64,000 nucleotides of DNA from Acidobacteriota bacterium (GTDB lineage Bacteria; Acidobacteriota; UBA890; WLXD01): contig CAXWPH010000014.1 of assembly GCA_963666055.2 (NCBI GenBank), positions 384,001-448,000 on the forward strand, in the 5' to 3' direction. Under the pieces are notes generated by a model that was not told the origin of the DNA, did not search any database, and saw only the letters and a program-made list of their open reading frames with translations. Shown in pieces: positions 37,903 to 47,720 of this stretch (the stretch's first letter is position 1; each line of letters starts with the position of its first letter). The position numbers were made by a program, and so were the translations under genes.

Positions 37903-38109
37903 AATCCAGAATCAAGTTTCATAGTCCAAAATCGACGCGCGAGGCCCCGGGGGAGCGTGGTAGTAACGGAGATTTACGTGCACAAGGACGAACGCAAGCT
38001 ACGCCTTGGGATGGCGCAGCGAAGCGCAGAATTGAGCAGCCAAACACATGCCGCTGGCACTGATTTGGCCCCAGAAACCGAACGAGCCTTTAGCGACGGG
38101 TAACGACGC

Positions 38110-38394
38110 TTACCAGCGGTTGACCACCTTGCGCTCGTCCTTTTGGTGTTCCACTTCGGCAAAGGCATTATCGCCGCCGGCGTCGAGGAAGTCCTCGAGA
38201 GCCGATAGACGGAACCGCCATTGACGGCCGACGCGCGTTGCCGGGATACGTCCCGCCTTCGCCATCCGATACACCGTCGACTTGTTGATGCGGAGCATGT
38301 CCGCAACATCTTCGACGGTCATGAACTCGCCAAGAACACGCAGCGACCGCGGCCGCGCCTGCTCGTCGTACTGGCTGTCTCTTGCTCGTTTCAT
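38110..38394 (-). CDS. Excisionase/BldC-like (HTH_17) DNA-binding protein
   Basis: AGGAGG RBS; FMTVEDVADMLRINKSTVYRMAKAGRIPATRVGRQWRF. Confidence 0.9.
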   Translation of the reverse strand: MKRARDSQYDEQARPRSLRVLGEFMTVEDVADMLRINKSTVYRMAKAGRIPATRVGRQWRFRLSALEDFLDAGGDNAFAEVEHQKDERKVVNRW

Positions 38395-38404
38395 GTCGTG
38401 CCTC

Positions 38405-40780
38405 CTATCCACTCGCTGTCTGGATGTCCGTGTGGTTGGGAACGTCGCTGTCGCTGACCGCCACTTGCAGGTACTCTCGCGCCACTAGGTCAAGGAACGC
38501 GCGCGCGACCTGCGGGTTCCAGTGTCGTCCGATCTCCTGTTCGATGAAGCCGCTGGCGCGGCGCATGCTCATCGCCGGGCGCTGCGCACGCGCTGATATC
38601 AAGGCGTTGTAGACGTCGCAGATACCGACGATCTGGGCGCCGAGCGGAATAGCGTCGCCCGCCAGGCGGCGCGGGTAGCCGCTGCCATCCCAGCGCTCCT
38701 GGTACGCACCCACGATATCCGCGACTTCGCTGAGTCCCGGCAAGGATGCCAAGATGTCGGCGCCCTCTCCGGGCACTCGCTCGACGATGCCGCGCTCGTC
38801 GGCGCTGAGCTCGCCTTCCTTGGTGAAAACCTCGGCCGGCAGCTTGATCTTGCCAATATCGTGCAGATGTCCGCTAATCTCCACCGTCAGGCCGTAGTCT
38901 TGAGATAGTCGCAGCTCGCGGGCCAGCTGGCCACAGAGCCGAGACACCTGCAACGAGTGCTCCTCGCTGTGCGGGTCGAAGAGCTCAACCGACTCCATCA
39001 GCGCGGCGATAGTTTCGCGCACCGCCGGCGCCTGAAGGCCAAGCATTGACCGACGCTTCAGCTCCCCGAGCTGCTCGTTGAAGCTCTCGATGGCATTCGG
39101 AACGATTCGACGCGTCTGCACATGGACAACCGCTTCGTAGAGCTCCGCCTCGTCCTGATCGAGCTCGGCCATGCGAATGCGATGACCGCCGCGGCCCTTG
39201 GCCAGATACATGGCCTGATCGGCTGCCTCGAGCAGCGTTTCGACCGTGTCTCCGTTGCCGGGGAACTCGGCGATTCCGATCGAGGCCCGAACGTTGAACG
39301 GCGCGTCCCACTCGAGCCCCGACAGCTCGTTGAGCATGTTCTTGAGCTCCTGCTTGGCATCGGCGCGTGAACCGTGCACCAGCGCCACGAACTCGTCACC
39401 GCCGTAGCGGCACATCGCCAACGCGTCGGGGAAGGTGTTGCGGAGGCGGTCGCCCAGCTCGGTAATGGCGCGGTTCCCGGCCATATGGCCGTGTTTGTCG
39501 TTGACCTGTTTGAGGTTGTCCATGTCGATCACCGCGATGGTAAGCGGCGCCAAGGTCCGCGCGTTCTCGGCCGACAGGGTGTTCTCCGCCTCCTCGGTGA
39601 ACGCCTGGAAGTTGAGCAGGCCGGTCAACCCGTCGATACGGCTTTGCTGTCGAAGCTGTTGCAACAAGCCGCGGCCGCGGATGAACGACGCAGTCATCAA
39701 TGCCGACGCCCAGCAGAAGTCGCGCTCCTCGTCGTCGAAGACACGGTCGGCCTTGCGATCACGCAGATAGAACGCGCCGAACACCTGCTCGTTGGCCTTG
39801 ATCGGCACCACCAGGAAGCTGTTGAAGGAGCTCGCGTTCGGCAGGAAGGTGGTTACCTTCGCCCACAGCTCCTCGGGCTCACCGCGACGAAACTCGGTGA
39901 TCTCGCCATGCGCCAGGGTTTCCTGAAGCTCGGGGTATTCGCGGATCTTGATGGGGCGAACCTCCACCGAGGAGTCATCGCTGCTGGCGGCCACGTAGCC
40001 GGTCTCGTCGTCGCCGCTGAACACCACCAGCGAGCACCGATCCACACCCACACCCTTTTGCACACGCTTGCTGATCTCGAACAACACGTCGCTGTCAGAG
40101 GCGGCGGCACCCACCAGGCCAAGACGTCCGATCTCCGATAGTGCGCGCAGCCGGTACTTGTCGCGCGCCAGTGAGCGCGCATGCACGGACACCGATTGCA
40201 TTCGAGTGGCGATCGTCTGGGCGCGACGCTTGTGACGCTTGGCCTCGTCGCCGATCAAGGCGAAGACAAACCCCAGCCCGCACAGGAAACCGAGCCGCAC
40301 CAGGTATTGCGGATCGGTGAACACCTCGTTGCCGACCTCGCGAAACAGCAGCGCACCGTAGATCGCCGCCACCAGCAGGCTGTGAGCGCCGGCGGCGACC
40401 GGACCCAGGCTCTGGGCGGCGAACGTCACCACCACCAGGTAGACGAGGAAGAACTCCGTGGAGGCGTTCTCCACCAGAACGATCGCCCCCGAAACGATGC
40501 CGATGTCGATCAGTGACACCAGGCTACGCAGCGCCTTGCTGCGGTTCTTGTGAAGCGCCCAGGTGGCCAGCAACGTAAAGCCCAACACCCCGCCCACGAA
40601 GCTCTGCTTGAGCGCCGGCACGATCGTGTCGGGGGCGTAAAAGAGGACGGTGTAGCAGACCGCGAGAGCGAGCACCCAACGCGCGATCAGCACCGGATTG
40701 CTGACCAGCCGGGCAGCCTCGGGCTCGGCGTCTAGCATCTCACCGAATGCCAGCTTCTCTTTGGATTGCTTCCTGTTCAT
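38405..40780 (-). CDS. Membrane-bound GAF + GGDEF diguanylate cyclase + degenerate HD-GYP protein
   Basis: N-terminal TM bundle; GAF; DGLTGLLN..RYGGDEF; HDIGK..ERWDGSGYP. Confidence 0.9.
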   Translation of the reverse strand: MNRKQSKEKLAFGEMLDAEPEAARLVSNPVLIARWVLALAVCYTVLFYAPDTIVPALKQSFVGGVLGFTLLATWALHKNRSKALRSLVSLIDIGIVSGAIVLVENASTEFFLVYLVVVTFAAQSLGPVAAGAHSLLVAAIYGALLFREVGNEVFTDPQYLVRLGFLCGLGFVFALIGDEAKRHKRRAQTIATRMQSVSVHARSLARDKYRLRALSEIGRLGLVGAAASDSDVLFEISKRVQKGVGVDRCSLVVFSGDDETGYVAASSDDSSVEVRPIKIREYPELQETLAHGEITEFRRGEPEELWAKVTTFLPNASSFNSFLVVPIKANEQVFGAFYLRDRKADRVFDDEERDFCWASALMTASFIRGRGLLQQLRQQSRIDGLTGLLNFQAFTEEAENTLSAENARTLAPLTIAVIDMDNLKQVNDKHGHMAGNRAITELGDRLRNTFPDALAMCRYGGDEFVALVHGSRADAKQELKNMLNELSGLEWDAPFNVRASIGIAEFPGNGDTVETLLEAADQAMYLAKGRGGHRIRMAELDQDEAELYEAVVHVQTRRIVPNAIESFNEQLGELKRRSMLGLQAPAVRETIAALMESVELFDPHSEEHSLQVSRLCGQLARELRLSQDYGLTVEISGHLHDIGKIKLPAEVFTKEGELSADERGIVERVPGEGADILASLPGLSEVADIVGAYQERWDGSGYPRRLAGDAIPLGAQIVGICDVYNALISARAQRPAMSMRRASGFIEQEIGRHWNPQVARAFLDLVAREYLQVAVSDSDVPNHTDIQTASG

Positions 40781-40849
40781 CGGGGCTGGCCCTTGCTGGA
40801 GTCTGGAGTGCTAAGGGGAGTACCTTTGTGCATTGGACAGGAAGATAGC

Positions 40850-40945
40850 TGAAAAGGCTTTCTTAGCTCAAGCTTATTCTTTAGTAGTTTATATTAATCT
40901 TTAATCTTCAAATCTTATTTTTAATAACTAGAACAGATCATAACA
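40850..40945. promoter_or_regulatory. Very AT-rich tract upstream of the GGDEF operon with three AATCTT repeats
   Basis: ttagtagtttatattaatctttaatcttcaaatcttatttttaataactag in otherwise GC-rich DNA. Confidence 0.5.
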
Positions 40946-41188
40946 GCGCACAGAGGCACCCATCCGCGGCGCTTGGTGGCCGCGTACGTCGTGGCAGGCC
41001 CGTTGTTGGCCGCTCCTGACCGTCGATGCCGCACCATCGGCGCGGCCGGCGTCAGAACGCCTTCAGATAGGTCAGCTTGACCACGCCGGTGCGGCGACGC
41101 CACAGCGTCTGGCGCGGATCGATGAGATCACGGGCAAGTGGCGGCGAGAGCTGCCGGCTCCGACGCCGGCGCGCTGCGGCAAAGCGTC

Positions 41189-42400
41189 TCAGTCGTAGCG
41201 CAACGCCTCGATCGGGTCGAGCCGCGAGGCCCGACGCGCCGGGTAGAAGCCGAAGACGATGCCGATGAGGGCCGAGAAGCCGAAGGCCAGGCCGACGGAG
41301 TTGGCCGACACCAGCATCTGCCAGCCGGCCGACTCGGCCATTTGCTGCGAGGTGAAGTAGCCCAGGGCGATGCCCATCGCGCCACCGAGACACGACAGCG
41401 CGATGGCCTCGATGAGGAACTGCAGCTGGATGCTGCTGCGGCGCGCCCCGATCGCCTTGCGGATGCCGATCTCACGGGTGCGCTCGGTAACCGACACCAA
41501 CATGATGTTCATGATGCCGATGCCACCCACAATCAGGCTCACCCCGGCGATGCCGGCGAGCAGGAAGGTGAAGCTCTCGGTGGCCGACTGCATGACGTTG
41601 AGAAACTCGGTTTGCCGGGTGATCGAGAAGTCGTTTTCGACCCCCGGGCGCAGCCGATGCTGGCGTCGCAGGATGCTCTCGATCTCCGCCATCGCCATGG
41701 TGAGGTGCTCTTCCGACAGCGCCTCCACGGTCATCGAGCTGATCAGCTCGGTGCCGAACAGCCGCCGCTGGGCGGTGGACATGGGGATGATGATGATGTT
41801 GTCGCGCGAGAAGAACGAGCTGCCGCCCTTCTCGCCCATCACGCCGATCACCTCGAAGGCGATGCTCTGGATGCGCAGCTCCTCGCCAATCGGATCGATG
41901 TTGGGCGGGAAGATAGTGGTGGCCGCCTCCGAGCCCAGCACCGCCACCCTTCGATGGCCCTCCTGCTCGGTGGGGGTGAAAAAGCGCCCCGCGGCCAGCG
42001 GCCAGTTCTCCATACGCAGGTAGTCGGCCCAGGTGCCGGTGATCGAGCTGGTGCCCTGGGTGTTCTTCCACTCCACTTGAACATTGTTGCGCGACAGCGA
42101 CGGCACCACCGCCTCGATCGAGGTGGCCTTCTGCTGCACCGCGTACGCATCTTCGACCTTCATCTGCGCGCCACGGTGCGAGAAGCCGCGGCGAAAACCG
42201 GAGCCGGCGCGCACCGTCAGACGGTTGGCACCCAGGCCAGCGAGCTGGTCTTGCACCGATGCCTGCGCCCCCTCGCCCAGCGCCACCATGGTGATCACCG
42301 CCGCCACACCGATGATCACCCCCAACATGGTGAGCATCGAGCGCATCAGGTTGGTGCGCAGCGAGGTGAGCGCCACGATGAGGATCTCGAAGCCGAGCAT
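41189..42400 (-). CDS. MacB-like ABC transporter permease
   Basis: RSMLTMLGVIIGVAAVI; VGGIGIMNIMLVSVTERTREIGIRKAIGA; LDPIEALRYD. Confidence 0.95.
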   Translation of the reverse strand: MLGFEILIVALTSLRTNLMRSMLTMLGVIIGVAAVITMVALGEGAQASVQDQLAGLGANRLTVRAGSGFRRGFSHRGAQMKVEDAYAVQQKATSIEAVVPSLSRNNVQVEWKNTQGTSSITGTWADYLRMENWPLAAGRFFTPTEQEGHRRVAVLGSEAATTIFPPNIDPIGEELRIQSIAFEVIGVMGEKGGSSFFSRDNIIIIPMSTAQRRLFGTELISSMTVEALSEEHLTMAMAEIESILRRQHRLRPGVENDFSITRQTEFLNVMQSATESFTFLLAGIAGVSLIVGGIGIMNIMLVSVTERTREIGIRKAIGARRSSIQLQFLIEAIALSCLGGAMGIALGYFTSQQMAESAGWQMLVSANSVGLAFGFSALIGIVFGFYPARRASRLDPIEALRYD

Positions 42401-42420
42401 TAGCGCGCTCTCCTAGGCCA

Positions 42421-44100
42421 TCAACGACGGCTCGTGCCGGGGATCGAGCTGAAGCGCGAGAAGCGGTCGCGCAACGCCTGCTGCGACATCAACAGCGACG
42501 TGGAGGGCAACAGCACCACCTCGTCGCCGGGCCGCAGCCCGGAGACGATCTCGGTGAACTCCCAGTCCTGCACACCCATCATTACCTGGCGCGGCGCGAT
42601 CTGGCCGTCGGCCATCACAAACACCACCGCCGGCTGCGGCGCGCGACCGATACCGAACGCGTCCATCGACACGGTGTTTCCGGCCCGATCGTTACCCCCT
42701 GTCCCGCCGTCGAACCCGCCGTCGCCATGGTCATCGCCGCCGGGCCCTCCACCGCCGGGCCGGCCGCCTGAGCCGCCGTCGGGACGCGAGTTGCCACCCC
42801 CGCGGTTGCCGAAGCGCGACCCCATCTGCTGACGCATCTGGGTACGCTGCTTGTCGGTGAGGTTGTCCATGTACTTGCGGCGCTCTTCCTGGCTCATCGA
42901 GCGCATCTTGCTGAAGTCGAAGTCCTCTTCCTTGCCGTCTTCCTTGTCGCCGGCGCCCGAACCAGCGGAGTCCGCGCCGGGTTGCGCAACGGCGTTGCCG
43001 CGCTCCCCCGGCCCCGCCTCGTCGGCGTAGGCGGCGTTGGCCACCAAACCGCCGGCCGGCGGCTGGCGATCGTCGTCGGCCATGTTCCTGCTGCCCGAGC
43101 GCAGCTGATCCTCATCGAACGGAATGCCCAGCAAGCCCGCCACGGTGCCCGCATCGCGCATCGTCTTCACCGACTCGTTGGGCACCGCGATCACCTCATT
43201 GCGCCGGTGGATCACCACCTCCACATCGGCGTTCATGCCCGGCAGCAGCAAGCCGTCGCGGTTGGAAACGCGCGACAGCACCGGAAACGTCGTCACCTGG
43301 TTCTGCACCACCGCCTGCGGCTCGATCTTGATCACCTCGCCGATGAACGTGCGCTCCGGATACGCCTCCACGGTCATCTCCACCGGCAATCCCGGCTTCA
43401 CCCGGCCGATGTCGATCTCGTCGACCAGGGTGCGCACCTCCAGCACCGTCAGGTCGGCCATCTCCACCAGCGTGGTGCCGCCCTGCACGCTGTTGACCGA
43501 CGACTGGATGATCACGCCCTGCTCCACCGTCTTGCTGATAATCGTGCCGGCGCTGGGCGCCCGCACCGTGGCGTCGTCGAGGCGCTCCTCGCGCAGCTTG
43601 ATCTCCGCCTGGGCGCGCAGCAGGCTGCCCTTGGCGGTGGTGTAGTTCTGCTCCGAGGTATCCAGGTCCTGCATCGAAACCAGGTCCTGCTCCGACAGCG
43701 CCTGGGCGCGGTTGTACTGCCGCTCCGACACATCCAGACGAACCTGGGCCGACTCCAGGTCGGCCTGCGCCTGCGCCAGCTCCTGATCGAGCGTCTCGGT
43801 GTCGATCTGGGCAATCAGCGCGCCGGCTTCAATCCGATCGCCGAGCTCGGCCGGCATGCTGAGAATCTCCCCCGCCGCCTTGCTCTTCACCTGCACGATG
43901 CGCACCGGCCGCAGCGTGCCGGTGGCCGACACGCTCACCGTAATATCGCGAATCTCCGCCGCTTGAGTAGGAACCTCACCCAGCCCCTCCTCCTCCTCGG
44001 CAGCCTGGCGCTCCTGCCAGTACATCCAGCCGAAGTAGCCCACCCCGGCCACGATGGCCAGCGTGACTACCTGCTTGAGTAGCTTGATGACAGTCTTCAC
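42421..44100 (-). CDS. MacA-like efflux periplasmic adaptor with a Gly-rich insertion
   Basis: N-terminal anchor; VSATGTL, VKSKAAGEI, VRAPSAGTI, LLPGMNADV, EIVSGL. Confidence 0.92.
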   Translation of the reverse strand: MKTVIKLLKQVVTLAIVAGVGYFGWMYWQERQAAEEEEGLGEVPTQAAEIRDITVSVSATGTLRPVRIVQVKSKAAGEILSMPAELGDRIEAGALIAQIDTETLDQELAQAQADLESAQVRLDVSERQYNRAQALSEQDLVSMQDLDTSEQNYTTAKGSLLRAQAEIKLREERLDDATVRAPSAGTIISKTVEQGVIIQSSVNSVQGGTTLVEMADLTVLEVRTLVDEIDIGRVKPGLPVEMTVEAYPERTFIGEVIKIEPQAVVQNQVTTFPVLSRVSNRDGLLLPGMNADVEVVIHRRNEVIAVPNESVKTMRDAGTVAGLLGIPFDEDQLRSGSRNMADDDRQPPAGGLVANAAYADEAGPGERGNAVAQPGADSAGSGAGDKEDGKEEDFDFSKMRSMSQEERRKYMDNLTDKQRTQMRQQMGSRFGNRGGGNSRPDGGSGGRPGGGGPGGDDHGDGGFDGGTGGNDRAGNTVSMDAFGIGRAPQPAVVFVMADGQIAPRQVMMGVQDWEFTEIVSGLRPGDEVVLLPSTSLLMSQQALRDRFSRFSSIPGTSRR

Positions 44101-44267
44101 CGCCCCACCTCGAGGAATGGAGATTGTGCGTCAGGAGAGGAAACCCCGATGACAATAGCGTGCCTGGTGGCATGGTGGGGGCACAAGTTAAGAGGTGTAA
44201 AGAGTTGTAAAGACGAGCACAAGTCCCCACAGCTCTCCGTCCACAAGGATGAGCTGGTCGGTCTTTC

Positions 44268-46987
44268 CTACTCAAGTCCTCGCGGAGCTCCTTGCCAAAC
44301 AGCCCCGGCCCAACGGAAGGGCTCGCTAGGGTATCGTTCTCGCAGCGCCCTTTTCGCCGTCGCGAGGCTGGCCGCCCCGATTCTGGTCCGCCAGCGGAAT
44401 AGAAGAGCTGTGCGAGCTCGCCAGCAGTGCGCTCGTCCAGTGGCCACAGGCTACCGACTACGTTGCGGCTCCCCGCGGCCATGAAAGCATCGGCGAGGCT
44501 CGTCGGAAGCCCGCCTAAGTCGCCCGCGCCGAGAATCGTCGCCCGCGCTGTGTCGCAGCCGAGGAGCACCACCGTCGCCCCATCAAGATCGAGCGCAGCG
44601 ATCTCAGCGAAACTCAGGAAGCCGTTGTGCGAGGCGGACGAGCGCAACGTTAGCCCACCCGCATCCTTTCCGGCGCTCGGCGAACGTGAATGACCGCCGA
44701 AATGGATCAGGCTGCTCTGCGGCGCATGGTCTACGAAGGCTGCCTCCGTGGCATCGGCTCCCAGGAATGCCCGACCCAAGGTGCGCACGAGAATACCTTC
44801 CACTTCGGGCAAGGCAGTTGCCCTCCCGCTCGGTATGAACGCCACGGCCAAATGTCCGCGCGGCCGGCGATGCATCGAACGATCCAGGTCAGAAATCGTA
44901 CGCGAGCGGGCGAATACGATCCCATCCCCGTAAAAGCTGTTGACTGGCGCCATGGAAGGCAACGAGTCCAAAGGGAGCGTTGCCAACCCTCCACCTGGAA
45001 GAACAATAAGAGTCTGTAGCCCATCGAGCCAACCTACAGCCTCGACTTGATGCATCGTCAATCGAGCAAGTTGCCTTCCGAGCAGTCTCCAGGCGCTGTT
45101 CGGACGGGCGGTGCTTATGCTCTCAACCCAAAGATCAGCGGCACCCTGAATCTCAGCGGCCGATGCTGCCAGCCGCATCGCATGCACTTTCGACGACCGT
45201 ACTAGCCATACCCAAGCCTCAGTACCCAAGAACCGAAACGTCACTACTGCTTCGTCTGCCTGCAGATGGGTTTGGAGATGAGCCAATCGGATCGACCGTT
45301 CGTCGCGAAGGCTACTTCGGGATCGATCAAGAGCCTCTAATCCCGCCGCCCACCTCCCGGCGTCAAGCTCAAGGCGTGCCCGACGCCGTCCGAGGCCTTC
45401 CCACGCGGACAAGGCACTCAGCCGGGTCGCAAAATCACCTACCTCTGCGATCCATTTCCCGAGTTCCACCTCTGCCCTGGCGTAGGCCTGCACCGCGAAC
45501 TCCGGTCGCCCCGCTTTCTCGGCTAACACAGCATCCGCCGTTGCCTGCGCCAAGGGGAAGGGGGCGCCGCTCGACGGAAGATTAGAGACAAGATCCGGCG
45601 AGTCGAGCTCCCACCAACCCAAGTCGGCGTCGCCGATCTCCAGTTTGGTAAGTGTGACCAGCGTGCGTGCAGAATCCGACGCACGCATCGCGCTGAAGTG
45701 CGCTTTGCGCAGATGATCGACTACCTCTGCTTGCCGAGAGGAAGCCGACGCGAGGCGGGCGCGCTCGAGCCAGATCCGTGTTTCGAGTTCCGCCGAAGAC
45801 TTGGTCTCGCCGAGTGCCGCCAGCCGCTCGCTCGCCTCCGCGGTTCTGCCAAAAGCACGCAATGCCGCGACTCTCATGAGTTCAATACGAGTCGCGGCGT
45901 CATGGCGCCCCAGCCGGTTCGCAGCCCATGCGCCGCGATCGAGTGTCTCCTCCAACGCTTGCCAGCGACCGAGAAAAAGGAGCAACGGTGCCGCGACATC
46001 AGCGAACCGCCCGATCAGAATGGGTGAGCTGTCGTGTCGTGGGATCGCGGCGAGCCGCTCGTAAATGGCAATCGCTGGCTCCAATTCGCCCCTACTCCAG
46101 AGCTCGGCAAGACGCTGCAGCCGGCAGTCGACAGCTAGCTGCGGGGCAGTTCCAACGAGCGCATCGCAGACTGTCGGGAAGCCGTCGCGATCCGCGAAGG
46201 ACTGAAATGACTGAACGAGGCTCAAGTACACTCCCCGCCGATCGCCGGCAACAATCGATCGGCGTCTCGCCTCGCGTGCGAGCGTCGACGCACGTTGCAT
46301 CGAGCCTTTCGCGGAGTCGATCGCGGCGACGACAGTTAGATAGTCGGCGAGCCCAGAGACGGACCCCGACGCCACAGCTTCGCGCAACCCCTCCCACGCC
46401 AGCTGGGCGCCGCGCTGCGGTAGCGCCGCCGATACTAGCCGGACGAACCGGTAGGAATGGGCATGCTGCTCGGGGTACCCGAGATGAATCGACTCGGGTA
46501 GAGCATCCCCGAGCTTCGCGAACGCATCAACAACGCTGGCGGGGCCGCTCCTAAGGAGTCCGGCCACCGCAGTCAACACTACGGCGTGCCGGCGCGCGCG
46601 CGCGTGCGATCCAGGACGCAGAGCAAGCATCGATACTTTATGTTCATGTCCGAGCTCCAGCGACAGTTCGGCCAGCGCTGCGCGAACGGCAATGCCGGGG
46701 TGCCGCCTGTTCATCGCCAACGCAACCTGATGCGCCTCTGCTAGCAACCCGATATCCGATGCCACCGACGCGTACCCGAGGCCTGCTCGCAGATTCCGAG
46801 GCTCCCGGATCATGGTGTGTGCGTACTTCGACAACGCTCTCCGCGACTGGCCGCGCTGTCGAGCCCGAGCCGCCTCCTCTATGGCTGCGCTTCCGGGCAA
46901 GGTCGGCAGTGCACTGCCCCACAACACCGGAAGATCGACTCGCGCGCCACCGCCGTCGGATGCTCCTGCAACGAAGAGGAGGAGCAC
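44268..46987 (-). CDS. TPR-like/helical repeat + CHAT (caspase-HetF) protease; -1 frameshift at CCCC 44375-44378
   Basis: Catalytic LIHFGGHS and VVLLGCDT, AFMAAGSRNVVGSLWPLDE; adding one base restores SLATAKRALRERYPSEPFRWAGAVWQG..* ending at 44268; start uncertain. Confidence 0.85.
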
Positions 46988-47027
46988 AGCGAGGTATAGA
47001 TTGCCGACCGTTGAGGAACTCCTCCAG

Positions 47028-47720
47028 CTACCGATAGCTCATTTCCGTTTCCCCCATTCCCGAACGGCCGACGCGCGAGTGGCCAGCCCAAGCGTCGACC
47101 GCCCAGTACACTCGCGGCGTTCCCGAACGAATCGATAGATCAATCGCGGTGGCTCGTGACGTGAGCGTTCGCTCGGCCAACAGCCGACCTTCACTGTTCC
47201 AGGCGCGCACGGTATAGCGATCTACGCCCGGTACTGCACGCCAAACCAGCCTCAAGGTCTCCGTCGCGGGCTCGAAAGTCGCGGTGGCTATCAACATCAT
47301 CGTTTGCCCACGCAGTTCGCCACCCTGAGGGAGCTGCACCGGTGTTGCCAGGAAGGCCCCGATGCCCACGCCGAGCCCCGCGAGGATCGCGGCCACGACC
47401 CGGCGAGGCCGGTTCCGGATGAAGGAGGGTTGAAGGGCTGGCGAGACTTCGGGCCGTCCGTGCGGAGGGCGGCGAGGTGGCCTGGCCACTGGTGGGCCGA
47501 CGCTGCCAAGCAGTTCGACACCTGGCTCTGCCGTCGGGTCGAAGATCTCGTCAGCACATGTCCTGAGCAGCGTCGCAACGGCATCGAGTTCGCCGGCAGT
47601 TCGAATGCAGTTTGGACACTGACTCAGGTGGCGCAGACCAACGGGATCGGAGGAGAGAACCCATTCGGCCAACATCTGGGGCTCTGGGCACGCCGGGGTC
47701 CGCGATGCGGTCGAGCTCAT
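47028..47720 (-). CDS. Zinc-finger (ZAS) membrane anti-sigma factor with an extracytoplasmic beta-sandwich-like domain
   Basis: CP..HLSQCPNC (HxxxCxxC); TM VVAAILAGLGVGIGAFLA; GELRG; L.W..VPGV..Y.V; overlaps the sigma stop. Confidence 0.78.
   Translation of the reverse strand: MSSTASRTPACPEPQMLAEWVLSSDPVGLRHLSQCPNCIRTAGELDAVATLLRTCADEIFDPTAEPGVELLGSVGPPVARPPRRPPHGRPEVSPALQPSFIRNRPRRVVAAILAGLGVGIGAFLATPVQLPQGGELRGQTMMLIATATFEPATETLRLVWRAVPGVDRYTVRAWNSEGRLLAERTLTSRATAIDLSIRSGTPRVYWAVDAWAGHSRVGRSGMGETEMSYR

Noticed and set aside
38110-38394. Prophage or ICE boundary implied by the excisionase-like HTH
   Set aside because: No integrase, tRNA or att repeat; the gene is operonic with a GGDEF protein
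43976-44267. CHAT ORF tail overlapping the macA-like start
   Set aside because: Artefact of the frameshift at 44375-44378; the corrected frame stops at 44268
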